Of a stretch of 64,000 nt of DNA, positions 13,631 to 27,650 are shown one piece after another. The first letter of the stretch is position 1. The number at the start of each line of letters is the position of its first letter. Location of the stretch: the NCBI GenBank assembly GCA_040954595.2, contig CM082588.2, positions 6,770,202-6,834,201 of the forward strand, read 5' to 3'. The stretch is from Balanoglossus misakiensis. Taxonomy: Eukaryota; Animalia; Hemichordata. Made by a program: the position numbers and the translations under genes. A model generated the notes under the pieces. The model was not told the DNA's origin. It worked only from the letters and a program-made list of their open reading frames with translations, and did no database searches.

Positions 13631-16600
13631 AAATACTACACTCAGGTCCGACTATAACAAAACCAACCACAGCTGATCAAATACATCATAGACACTCTTC
13701 CGGATTACCACAGAGAGATTTACCTAATTTCATTCACAAGACAGAATAATTGTCTACTATCCCCCCACTGAATTGCTGACAGTGGCCTTGACAACCTGGA
13801 AAACATGGACAGCGTAGGTGGATGTAATTACTGGCTAAATGGTGAGATATAAAATCTGCAGTTCTGATCCTTTCTACGTCAATATTTTCCGACCAAACAG
13901 GTTGAATAAACAAAATCTTCTCACTACAATATTCAGTTCACAACTGGCATGGATCACTACAAAAATAACCTACAGTACACGTATACTGTTACATGACAGA
14001 GCCAAAATTAGCTTGTTCCACGAAATGGCAAATTTTCCCCAGGAAAGAAATGATAAAATTCGTTTTTTTTTCTCTGAATAGCCTGGATGGTTGCGGAAGC
14101 CATTAGTATCCATGTCTGGATTTTACTTTTACATTAAATGAACCACTGAAATTTGGGGCAGTGTGAATTTAGGAACTGTCACCTCTCAGCGCGCTTGAGG
14201 TCACATACAAGATTAATGTTATCACAGCCAAGACATTCCTCAGATGCTTATAGTGAGAGAGATTCATTATTAAAGAAAAAAAAATAGACCATATGGAACC
14301 AACTAAGATGACAACCTGGCACCAGATGATGCAAGTTTCAGCACTAAACAACGGTTGCCATGGCAAGGCACTATCCATCTCCATGGCAACCCCTCCTCCT
14401 GGCGAATCTAATTGGCGGTATGACGTGTGTGCTTTTAAATTCCGTTACCTATAAACTTTAGAGAGGGGAAAGACCACTATCCAATTACAATTCTTCTCTT
14501 AAAAAAATCACAATATTGTGCGTGTGTATGTTTGAATGCATGTGTGTGTGTGTGTGCAAAACAGGTCCATCACAATTATTTCCGTATCTCAAGTTCTGTA
14601 TTCACAAATGTCATGACAACCAGATTGATCTATTTAGTTCATTGGAAAAAAATATTACCATGTAATGAAATACCGTTACTACATGATATATTGTATTTTC
14701 TTTTCAAAACCTTATTTAATGCAAGTTTTAAGCATATTTAATATACATCAGACTCGCAAGATTTTATGTAACGGTATGTAATGGTTCATAACATAAAATG
14801 ATTTATAATTTATAAGGTAATTTCCTTGTCTGAATTTTCGCTCACAAAATTCCATGAATAGTAGAATATTTAAATCGTAAAAAAATTTATCAAGAAATCT
14901 GACAAAAGCTCAGTCATTATATCTGGGTTAAGCGTACACATAACCAAGAGTTCGAGGAATATAGAAAATATTGATTAAAATGAAGAAATCAACTCGTTGG
15001 ATAACATATGGTCATAAATTAACCTGAGGTGGGCTGTCATTATATATCCTCGGAAGACCGTATTATTGTTTCAAGATTTTCCCATTTCTGTAATTGAGTC
15101 TGGATCTGATTTCACGACCAGCTGCGTAAAACACACAACACATCCAGTGTTTACCTTCTCAGTTTAGACACACAGTCATTAATTTCGAGACAATCTCACG
15201 ATCCAGACATGGATTTCTGATCATCAACCGCCGTCCCTATATTATTGACTTTCTGACCTAAAAACGCATGATAAATGACAATACCGATAGAACGGTTGCC
15301 ACAGAGAATTGAAAGTGAACAAAAACACTGCCGTCATTGACAATAATTTCACGTAAACGGTACTTACGAAGCCGAGCCTGGCCAGTAGATCTAAAATCCT
15401 TCCTCCCTTCATCTTCCCAGTGAGGCTCGACGACTGATGAGCGTTCGATCGGTAGACCATTTAGGAGAGTGTCCCTAACTGACTCGTGTTATTGAAATGA
15501 ATCTAATGAGGCAAAGATCACGCGATCAGTGTTCGCCGGCGTTCCGACACAGCCAGGTTGTTTTTCCCCGACACCTTTTTAGCTGAACAGTAAAAGAACG
15601 TACCCAACACAAACCGGTTACAAACGGCAACATTGCTCCATAGTCAGCTGACACTCCCATTTAAGGGTTACGGCGACTCATTATGCCCACACACAGTGAG
15701 ACACACCACATCAGCTGTCTGTCTTCTCCGTCGCCCTTCCTACTCATAAATTAAACATGCTTCGAACACATCATTCGACACACAACAGCAAAACATCCAC
15801 ATGGATATTTACAGACGACAATGTATAGTCCGGATTTTCCGGAAACTGCTCAATTTATTCCCGGCAAACCACAACCATTGCTGGAATGCTGGAGGTCACC
15901 AATACGAGCCGATAAGCCAGGAATTCTCAAGTGACAAACCCCCCCCCCCCTCCAGAAACTCCATCTCAAGGAACTTGTACAGTACATCTACTAATGATTT
16001 ATTTATGATCACGGAGTACCACAATTCCAAGAAAACCATCCTGATGTCTTTTTTAGATTTAATTATTTTTAATAAGAATAAACCTTTCCATTTCCTTGAG
16101 GCTAACATCATCATCTTTGCCACAATTAACCAATCAATCAAAATGGCAACAGAGTGTAAAGTACTGTCTTGTATTGTTGCAGGATGTCGGTTAATGACCA
16201 CATAAAGATGTGCCTCATTTATGATTTTCAAAACATAACATGGGGCAGTTCAATGGCAGATACAAGGTAATATTCTTTACTAGTACCTTCAGCAGCATTT
16301 GACAGTCAAAATTCCTTGACCTGAAAAATGGTAACCATGACGTACCTGTGTGTAGAACAACTTCAAAAAGGTGTGTCATGGTCAAAAAAACTGTGAATGG
16401 AGGGGGGGGGGGGGGGCTTCAACTTATTTACCCTTAACTAAGATTAAAAGTAAACAAACAAACAAACAAACAACAACATCTCTTCAAGAATTGCATTTTT
16501 CACCAAATTGAAACGAAAGATCGACAAAACAACAAAATTTTGATTTAGAATTATTAGGAGCAAAAGACACTAACAATGCAGTTCTTTGTTTCATGGCTCA

Positions 16601-18248
16601 CGTCAATTGCATAAACATTTCTATAGTGGTACATGTTAATCATGACAAAATTTATATGTTTGAGCAACAACAAAATTCCCACTTTTCCTTGAAGCCCCCC
16701 GAAATCAAAGCAATTTAGGATATTGATTACGTCCGGAAAGCTCCGCGATTTCTGCAATCTTATCGTCTTACTTCTTAACTGCGTGAAAATCCCTGGAACT
16801 TACATTACACAACTGGGTGACGGTATCATGGCGAACTTGAAATGGGGGGATGTTGACGGCTTTCAACCTTGGGAATGATTTACAGGCTGAGGGGATATTA
16901 CCTTTGCCGGGTGGCGGAGTGACTGCGATGGTATCAAAATCCCGGAGTAACCGACCTTGTAAACAAAGACACCAGTAAAACGCAACCTTTATCTTATACT
17001 ACCAATTCTTTCACTATCCCGGACAATATCCTTGAGATTCTAAAACAGCTAGTATAATGGCATGTGCGTTCAAGCCTACGGGTACTACTAGAAGCTGTAA
17101 CATATCTTTTTCAAAAGTTTGTTACGTACAAACAGTTCCTTGTACAAGTACTCTCGCTAATAATGTTGACAAATATTGCTATAATCAACTTGCCAACATA
17201 GCCTGTTAACACTGATGGTTGCTAACTGTTTTTAATGTACGTAAATTCAACTGTCAACAATTCTCCCAATCAAAAAATTAATACTGTTCTACTAGCATAC
17301 AGAAAGGCTATGACTGAAAGCACCTGAAGATATTTGGAGGTCGCCATATCATGGTTAAAGATTACGGACCCTTTAAGACTACAGTGTGTCCTCACGATCA
17401 ATGTCAAGGTCAGGTCATTGATAAACAAACTATGTCACACAAATTACACAAAGTAGGAGACCAACAGGATGGAAGAAAAAAACATAAACTTCCTGTCTGG
17501 CACTGTTTTGGACAAAAATATTGTTTTTTCAATAGCCATCATATAGTGTAAACTTGTACAGTTGATCATATTGTTAGTTTACATGTCATCACACCAGTGG
17601 TGAGGCTCGATGACTAAATTGAGTAGAATCTTGTAGTCTGCCCTCTAAGTCTTGGGAACAGATTTTCGCAAAACAATAACCGTCCAAACTTTTAAATTCA
17701 TTGCTACATTAAAGTGTAAGAGGCGTCTTTTTGAAAACAACGAGAAAAATGGGTGTTCAATCACAGTCTGGACGAATGTCGTCATTAAAATCACTACTTT
17801 AATTTGTCTCCATAGAGATCATGCACAGTGGCGGCCATTTTGATCTCCAGCAAAAGTGTACAGGTTTTAAAAGACAATTAGTTTATTTTTGCAATATAAA
17901 TCACATTTTGAAAGATTGTTTTTGTCATATTGGTTATTTTTTTTAAATAGTGAAACATAATTTTCTGAGGTTAGAAAGACTTTGACAGTTTTTGAGAGCA
18001 TATTAATATTTTCAGTACGTTATTGTTACAAATTGTGGACTTCCTTCCAATAATTATTTTCGAATTAAACTGAAATCAACTAAGTGAGAAAGTGCTATAA
18101 AAAGGACAGGAAGTTGCAATACACAGCTTCTTGATGACAGGTAACAGGCTTTCAGTATGTTTATTTTACCATTGTTGACAAGTTGTCATCTCCAAGGACC
18201 ATGAAAAAGGGAGCAGTTTTTATGAAAAAGAGTGATTTTCCAGATTTT

Positions 18249-18602
18249 TTAAAGGGACAAAGTCTCTCTCTCGCTGCCCTTTTTCCATTACTTATATTTG
18301 ATACAAGACACCGTTTGTTATTCTACATGTGGATATATAGCGAATGAACGTTCAACCACACACAACTTCCATCCCTCTTATAGACAGGAGAGTGAAAAAA
18401 CTCGCCAAAATGAATAATCGTTCTTTACCATTTATTCATTTTGGGCGAGTTTTTACTCTCATATCATACAAGTGGGATGGAAGTTTTGTGTGGTTGATCA
18501 TTGATTCACTATATATCCACATTTACATTAACATAAATGGTGTCTTGTATCAAACATAATTAATGGAAAAGGGGCAGCTGGAGAGAGACTTTGTCCCTTT
18601 AA
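18249..18602. mobile_element. MITE family A, full length
   Basis: TTAA TSD, both TIRs, palindromic interior. Confidence 0.88.
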
Positions 18603-20928
18603 TGAAATACCCATGTGAACCTCACAAGTTACCTTTAGGGTTTACAACAAGTAGAGAGATTTAGTGCTCCAAGTAATTGGTATTTGAATTACATCACCCG
18701 TTGCTGTGCAAAACCTAGTAAACACCGTAATGTAGTTACCGTAGCTACAAGAGGAGGCTCGCTCCTATAATTGACCACGTCACCAATGATGTCATCCCAC
18801 ATTACTATGGTAAAGTCTCGTGATGTTGAGCAAGGTGCTCCTCGATGGTTACTACGGCAACACCATGATCTTTGTCAACAATAATGTCATTAGTCTCGCA
18901 TGGCTGTTGCTATTGTGAAAACACAAACGATCCTAATGAGGATGTTGTCACGACGATGTTACAAAAACATGTTTATGGAAACAACATGGAAAACGCAAGC
19001 AAAGTAATTTATCATTTGTTCAGGTACACTTGAGAATTATGAAACACCGTAATATCAGAATTTTGACAGAATAGTGTGGTAAAAGTCACGCTGCCTTGAC
19101 ACCTAGAAAACATGTAAACAGCATATTTTTTATAGACGTATGTTTATTGTAGTTATTACCCAGAGTTCATTGCAGCTGGCTAGAATCTGGCTTCAACACA
19201 GGCACATCTTTGTTTATTGGCCGACCGAAAAAACATGAAAGAACCATTTCTGATACCAATGATGAAGCAGGTATGAAATTTGACATGGGAAGGGAATGAT
19301 CAATGATGAAAAAAATATGAATAAAAAATTGTGCCTTGCGAATGATATCAAACGCAGAATTAACAGCCACGCATGGTTGAGAGCGTGTGATTTCATGTTT
19401 TGTATTTTGGAACATGATACAATATCAGGAATGCCCATGGTGCATACGAAAGCACAGCAGACTTGGACCCAGCTTATTGACTGTGAATTCAACAAACCAG
19501 TGTAACCGAATCAGCATAGTATGGATGAAACGCCTTTAAGTGACAGTATATGATGTCTTGGTTTTCCGTTAAGTTTTCAATTTTCTGCCGGAGGTAGACA
19601 CATGCCTACATTTCCACATGGCTTATTACCTGTCATATCACATTAATTGTCACGATAAAATCACCAGAAGGAACACATGTGGCGTAGAGTTACCGAACAC
19701 GACCCCATTGGCAGTATATCACGTCGATCAAATTTGCGATCCGTGTGTAACTCGAGAATATCGATCACGAAATTAGTCAATCAGTCAGATCGTATGCCGG
19801 TCATTTGGTACCGATGATTGTAACTTAATATTATTTCTCTGAGTTTATGATGAAGTACACGTACACCATCAAAGTCAGAACTCGATCGTGAAATGCGACT
19901 CGGCGACCTTGATCAAAAGACAAGGACACTTGACAAGGAAGTGCCAGACACCATGTGTTGAATGAAAACTGTATCATGTAGAAAATAGAAACCACAAGAC
20001 TTGACATTATTATATCACACATTTCACACTTCACACATCTTTCCTTAACACCTACATGTGACACTTCCAGGCTATTTTCGGAACAAATTTGTCCACACTT
20101 GCCAAATTCACTGCTGATAGATACAAGTCAAACCCAAGAATAATCAGCTCAACATTTTAAGCTTTGCCAGAACAGGCCTGAAAGAAAAATCTAATCCACA
20201 TCATCCTCAGTACTGTAATTACTTTGTCATTTAATTAACTAGTTTCTGGGATTAAAAATATGGAAAGATATATTAATTTACTGCCATGATTTTTTATATA
20301 AATTTAATTCTTGGAAAAATAGGGTCTATGTGACAAATGAGAACTTGTCTTGCTTCACCCAATGATATCTATATACATGACATGACGAAAATGTTTCTAG
20401 TGTAATTTCTAATTTCTCTGTCAGTGGTACATGTATCGGTACATCATATACTCGCCAAAGAACATCTCGAATACCGGTAGAACAAAATAGCTATTTCATA
20501 TGTCAACTTGGTCCTTTACCTGTCCAAACCTCAGTACCTCCCCTCCCCCCCCCCCCCCCAAATACAACCACACAAGTTACAATTATCAGGCCACTGACCA
20601 TTCATGAAGCGACCCGGTCAAATAAAGCCACTTGCCCTGTGTCTCAAGAGGTCACCCAGTCAAGAATGTTTCATGACTTCCTGGCCAGGCTAAAATCAAC
20701 AGAGAAATTCCGCCCGTACAATAAGGCGTCTTCCTGTAAAAGCATGTTTTTAATACACAATAAATCCTGCACTTCAGGCTAAAATTCCTGCTGTGACTTT
20801 ATCGGCGTACTATGTCAGTAATCCAGCGTTCCTCGCAATAGCTGCTAATACGTACATTCCACCAGTACATTGACCCTTGTCCACACATGGCCTGTGTTTT
20901 CAGAATGGCGTGAACTCTGACTTACAAA

Positions 20929-21169
20929 TTAAAGGGACAAAGTCCCTCTCTCACTGCCCCTTTTTCCATTAATTATGTTTGATACAAGACACTGTTTATG
21001 TTCATGTACATCTGTATATGTAGTGAATGAACGTTCAACCACACACAACTTCCATCCCGCTAGTATGATATGAGAGTAAAAACTCACCCAAAAAGAATAA
21101 ATGGTAGAGACCGATTATTCGTTTTGGCGTGTTATATATTCACATGAGAGAAAGACTTTGTCCCTTTAA
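20929..21169. mobile_element. MITE family A, right arm partly deleted
   Basis: Both termini present; about 110 bp missing from the right arm. Confidence 0.82.
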
Positions 21170-21847
21170 TACAGATACGTGTTGGCACTGTGTTTCTTTA
21201 TCTATTTTGCTCTGTCTGATAAAATATTTCAGGATATGGGGCTACTGTCTCTCTAAATCAAGTCTAAGCCCTCATAAGACATCTCCAAGACATCTCCAGC
21301 TAATGGGAAATATAATGGGAATAAGTGATGTATAGGTATTTTCTGACATCGCACATTTTTTAAGTGTTCGAGCATATGGCTGCTGTTCTATGCAATTTCA
21401 GAAACTGATTTTGACAGAAACGCATCATCCACCCACACACATTCATCAGATCATGTGACCTTTATTACGAGCTGATATAAAAAAGTGACATATGAATATG
21501 CAACTTGTCATTAAGTGGATCTATATGGTCGATAGATTGATTTTTATATGGATTAAATTTCAGCTGCAGACAGCATTTTTTGTATAACTCTATACAGCTT
21601 TTATCTAATGGACGTGTATACAATTTTACTGATATGAAATGAAATGTGGGAAAACACTGATTCAGGAATCAGTCACTGTCACAAGTCTGAGATTTATTTC
21701 CACTCTATGATACGATGCACAAAAAAAGATATCCCACAGTACACTGGGAAACTTCAGGATTATGAAAGGGGGATTTACATTGAGCAACGGCATCACTGGA
21801 ATTAGCCAATCAGTGATGATTTCACAAAGTCAAGGTCAGGCCTACCC

Positions 21848-21911
21848 TAGCCTGGTATCCTGTTTTAGATGCCAGTCAATCTAAAACACACTGGGTATGG
21901 ATACCAGGCTA
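21848..21911. mobile_element. 64-bp mini-transposon with TAG termini and 9-bp TSD (AcademH-like)
   Basis: TAGCCTGGTATCC ... GGATACCAGGCTA flanked by direct repeat GGCCTACCC (21839-21847, 21912-21920). Confidence 0.7.
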
Positions 21912-24430
21912 GGCCTACCCTATCTTGTTGCAAGCTACTAACACAAGCATGTCCCATAAGGCATTCACAGCAGGGTTTCAAAAAAACCCTCAAACCTTTA
22001 CCCACAAGCCACAGTTTGTCAAGGGTTAGGTGAGAGGTCGGAGAGAATATGGTCGCGACTACTTCTGACATCTTCCCCGAGATCTCTGATGCCGGTGTCA
22101 TCACCAGGCAGCCTGCATATGTCAAGTATCATTAGCAGTCAATTTATGGGCAAACAATTGGCATGATGAATCATACAGTACACATTACTAAAGTCGGCCA
22201 TCTTGAATCATTTTATGATACACTCACAAATGTTTGAAAATGATTCTGACATTTCTGAAACAGTAGAATTCAGAGCTGTATGCATTATAACTGAATAACG
22301 AATGATTATGACATTTTCAAGGAGAATTCATGATAAATGATATGAGAATTGTAATACTGTAACCCATATTTTGATATGAAGCTTTACAATTTACACAGGT
22401 GGCCATATTTTGGGGTACACCCTAATATTATTTCTACACTCAAATTCACCCATATTTTTCTTGAAGAGTGTAACATCTCACTGAATATAATGTTTATTTG
22501 AAACTAGTAAAATCAAGAATGCAATATGACAAAACGTTGCCCACTGGGGTTTTACGATGGAACTATATATGGAAGATTTATCTCATATCAACATTTCACC
22601 GAGCAACATCTACACTGTCACTCTGATTATTCACCAAAGAGTGCCTCTTTACGTCTCGCACCCAACCACAAAGTTGAGAACTCTGATACCTACTTTATTA
22701 CAGGCAATGTTCGCGCTCTTTATTTTGCTATGTAACGGACACTGGAGAGCTGTCAGCTTTCAATGTCTCACCGTCAAGTGCCTGAGATATTTACGATAAT
22801 GTAAGCGGTGGCAATTTGATGGGGGAAAGCGAGTGTGTGTAGTTTTCCTGAGGCAAGTAACGACAGAAAATAGCTCTCCTGTTAGTCAACCTACACGAAA
22901 TAATTCACTTTGAATTATTTAAGGTATCACATTCTGCTTTACATTATTTCCAAAAATTTCGAGAAAATGCATTTGTAACATTTTTATTTTTCAACACTTT
23001 AAATTTTCCAACTGTTGTAATATGGTTATATTTTTTTTAATTAAAAAAAGGTGCTAAAACAGAAGCCTTATCAAATAACATAAAAAAATACTATTTTTCA
23101 TTAAAGTTGTTCAGATACGTATACCAGTGGTAGTTATTATATCAAATATTTTGCTGATGTGACTCATGTGACAATTTATATTAAATAATTTCAAACCTTA
23201 GGAATAATACAAGAGCAGTTATTCTGCATAATTAATGCGGACATCGATATCTGATAAATTACAACACAGCTGACCTGATCAGGATGTTATCAAATTAAAT
23301 TAATCCTAAGTGGGTGCTTATTTCTATGTCAATAAACAAAATCAAGGTATTTATTTGGACACCATTTATTCAGATAATTAGCAGCATTTACCAGTAGTTA
23401 AAACTCTCTTTGACTGTGTCAACTTAATTAATTAGTCCTGGTGTGGTCAGGGTAAACAAAGGTAATTGGTTTTAATTGCTGATTATCAGTGGTCTTTTTT
23501 TAAGCGACTGACATAAATATTTCTTCTTTTCCAAGGCAACAAAGTCGTGAAAATCAACTGAGATCTCAGCAAACATTCCATTTATACACATGCAACATAA
23601 ATTCACACCAGAAATTTTCAAAATATTTCAAGAAATACCATTCTTTCAAGTACTGCATGCTCAAGACAACCTTACACTATCAGTCAAGTGTTGTCAAGTT
23701 AAACTACAGACATATATTGAGGGCTCTGTAACTGTCTGAAACCTACTCAGCTGGCAATCTCAAGTCACTGGCCTAATCTTAAAACCGGATGATGTCCCAA
23801 ATAGAGCTCCAAGGTCAGGATAAAATAATCATTCCATCAAATATTACTTCATGTCTCATATTACTGTCTACAACATTTACATCACACTATATGCATTGAT
23901 GCAGTGGCTTATAAACATACTTCGTAAAACCGCCTCAAGTTTTTTTTTTTTATCTGTTTGGGCAGAAGGCAATATGAACAACCCAGGTGACTATCTGTCA
24001 TAATTGCGCGTTTCAGTAACTTTGAATCAGCTGGTCACTTACATGTATGCTGACCTAGCATTTTCCTGGTTTGATTTCATAGGAAGTAACAGTGCGATAT
24101 ACTTTGCAACTAAGGAGTGACATAACACACACACTGCTCGTACAATAAAAGCTAATCTGGGATCGCACTGCTGGACACCACGACTTGAATAATCTCATTA
24201 AAATTGAAAAAGTGTCATTTGATCTGGAACTTGAAAACATCATCGTATTGATGTTATGGCATTCCTAACAAGCATATCACAGCTTGCCATACAGTATTCA
24301 AGCTGTATGTGTTTGTGTTAATGTCTGTATACAGTCAGCTAGTTTTTGAGCCTTCACTTTATCTGTGGTCTATACATTAATCTTATTTTGTGTACAACTA
24401 GGCTAGTCATGCAAATGATAATGACCTACA

Positions 24431-24665
24431 TACCTAGTTAAAGACCAATAAATTAAATTTCCTCTTAAAACATCAGTATATATCATCTTTCAAGGATATT
24501 ATTTGGACATTTGAAAAATGAAAATTTGCATTATTAATAATTATTAAAAGAAATGATAATGATAGATACCTAGTTAAATTCCAATTAATTAATATGTCCT
24601 GTTTAAAACATACATGGTGCTTGTTTTACGGACATTTGACAAAATGGAAATTTGAATATTAAATG
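24431..24665. repeat. degenerate ~136-bp tandem duplication
   Basis: TACCTAGTTAAA...CCAAT...TTAAAACAT...GGACATTTGA..AAATG.AAATTTG occurs twice (24431 and about 24567). Confidence 0.6.
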
Positions 24666-26195
24666 AAATGAAATGAGATTACTGGATTTCACAAAAATAG
24701 AAGTTATTAAACAATTCATGTACGTTATCTATTATTACGGTCTAAAGTATGGAGCACGTCAAATGGTTTATCCCTTAGGATGGGATTTTTTTTCTTTTGG
24801 AAGTAGCACTTTCCTTTTGGGGGCTCCAACACTAATTTCTTAGCCAAATCATGCCCTCTGAAGTAAAATGTAGTACGAGTATGATGCTGTCCATTAGTCT
24901 TATACATGTTATATTGAACTGATACTACTACAGCTGGTTCAGACAGGGGGTATACAAGAGCAAGCCCATTTGCTGTGTTTCATTTCATTTGACTTAATAT
25001 TACATTGTTCAACTACAGCAAGCCTAAAAAAACACAGTTAAACTGTGGATTAAACTGTGTGTATTAGAAAAAGATGTATATTTCAAAAGATGTACATTTC
25101 TGAATATAAGAAACATACACCAGACAGATCCCAACTTACTAATCCCAACTGAGCTTTAGAGACCAATGCCTTCAATATCAACAAGGACATACCAGTGACT
25201 TTGTCCAATTTTCAAAAGTGGATAAATTAGCAGAATATTAAAATGCCCCGATCATCACAAGTGGTAGTTTCAGAGAGTCTTGGCTATGGACAAACAAAAT
25301 ATGTCGCTTGCATCCATAATGCCACTTACATACCAGCATGCAGTCCGAGTCCGTGTCTGATTACAGCAAACTATGATCGGAAATGTCACAAAACGCAAAT
25401 GCTGGAAATGAATCAAATTTTAATGTCCTGTCCTTAAGTATAGTCATTGGCTATCCCTTTCTTCTTGATAATGAGGTCGCTTACATTAATTATATTATTC
25501 CAGAGAACACTTTCAATTAATGCCCTGCTTCCTGCATTTCCAACCCTTCCAATTTCCTTCTCAAAATCAACATTCACTCATATCAGGTGAAAAAGCTTTT
25601 ACTTACTTGATTTCATGAGGTCTATGATAAAAAAAAATAAAGCCCAAGAAATTCTAGTTTCATCAGACATATGAACTTACTGACGTCAATAGTCCATATC
25701 TGTGATCCTAAAAGCTCTATAGCCTTGAAATCTTGGCTATTTTGTTTTCATTTAATTTTATGAGAAAGAAGTTTTGTTTTATGGATGCAAAACCACCGGC
25801 AGTTTGATCTGCATTGCTAGCTAGTATCTCAGTGACTTGTTTAAGCATTCATCACGAGTTTACACTATGATCAGGTTTTTGTTTTTAAAGTGGGGTTTTA
25901 ATTAGAATCAACCCTGACAGTAAGTGCCCCTTTGATCGTATTTGGGACAAGCTGCCATATTCAAATTAAACGACTGCTTGCAAGACTATCGAATTTCTTA
26001 CGAGACACAGAAATGAACCTAATAGAAAATAGTTGACCAAATCAAATGGCATTAAATGTTGTACTGTAACAATATTCCGCTCTCGAAGTGAGATTGAATT
26101 TCAAGTGACCTGGCCCCTGTAGGTTAGGGAAGGAAAGAGACAGGAATTATATACAGATCAGTGTTTTTAAACCAGGAACTCAGTGAGTTATCCTG

Positions 26196-26541
26196 TTAAA
26201 GGGACAAAGTCTCTCTCTCGCTGCCCTTTTTATGTTTGATACAAGGCACTGTTTATGTTATTCTACATGTGGATATATAGTGAATCAACGTTCAACCACA
26301 CACACCTTCCATCCCACTTGTAGACACCAGAGTGATAAACTCGCTAAAATGAATAATCAGTGTTTACCATTTATTCATTTTGGCCGAGTTTTTACTCTCA
26401 TATCCTACAAACGAGGTGGAAGTTGTGTGTGGTTGAACGTTGATTCACTATATATCCACATGTAGAATAACATAAACAGTGTCTTGTATCAAACATAATT
26501 TATGGAAAAAGGGCAGCGAGAGAGAGACTTTGTCCCTTTAA
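26196..26541. mobile_element. MITE family A, full length
   Basis: TTAA TSD, both TIRs, palindromic interior. Confidence 0.88.
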
Positions 26542-27408
26542 ACAAGTACTGAATAGAAAACGGGTGATCTAGACACAAATGCCAGTGTGCTTAATAATCG
26601 TATTAAATTGCTAGTGATCAAGAGATATCTTGTGATGTCGCTGTGTCATCTCAAGCGTCACATATGATCAACTATCAGATATATTTTTCATATTATAAGA
26701 GCCTTAGAGGTAAAACAAGATTCCATACTATCTCAGTATCTGATTGCAAATGCTACCCACCACAAATATTGTCTTAACCCCTATTAGCAGCACCATTTGG
26801 TCTGACCCTTATCTTTTCAACGTGCATGGGTTGGCCCATGTGTAGGTAAACGGGGGTAAAAGGATTCAAATTCAGCAGAATACTTGACTTGAGGGATGAT
26901 CGCCGCCAACATATGGCTGAATGTACGTCGTACTATTTGCAAATTGTGCATGGACCCACCCCAAGGCTGTTTTTGATTAACCAATCTGCCAAGGTACTTC
27001 GATGCAACCGTTCTCTCCATTTCAGGGTCAACTTCTATCGACTAAGATGTCACAGTCCCGTCTCGCAGAATCCTTGCAGACAATACTTCCCTCAATACTC
27101 CTTTGCACATAGAATCTCATATTCTAAGTGATCTATATATCTTGGTTTGACGGTTAACTGTCAGGTGAGAAAACTAAACGAACCAAACGTCAGGAGGTAT
27201 AAAGTTTACAAACAACCGGAAGCTGATCACTATCGATGAATAAAAGATCCCCAAGTGATGAATGAATGTCCTTCATCCCGCCATCCCCCTTTTGGTTACA
27301 ATAAATTCAAAAAGGCAGCATGATTTAGTTTGGAAGACAAATGTGTCTGTTGCCTCAACAGTGCATGCAGAAAATTATCCTCTGGTAAAGGCACTTGGTA
27401 CTTTGACC

Positions 27409-27650
27409 TTAAAGGGACAAAGTCTCTCTTTCTCATTGCCCTTCTTCTATTAACAATGTTTGATACAAGACACTTTTAATGTTAATGTACATATGGATAT
27501 GTAGTGGATGAACGTTCATCCACATACAACTTGCATCCCGTTTGTAGGTAAAGATATGAGAGTAAAATCTTGCCCAAAATAAATGGTAAAGACCGATTAT
27601 TCATTTTGGCGAGTTTTTTCACTCTTGTGTCTACAAGCGGGATGGAAGGT
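27409..27650. mobile_element. MITE family A, right end truncated
   Basis: Left TIR and centre present; similarity ends after GGGATGGAAG. Confidence 0.78.

Noticed and set aside
16400-16416. Poly-G/poly-C runs (also about 20540 and 53287) as G-quadruplex elements
   Set aside because: Simple homopolymers common in such genomes, with no supporting context
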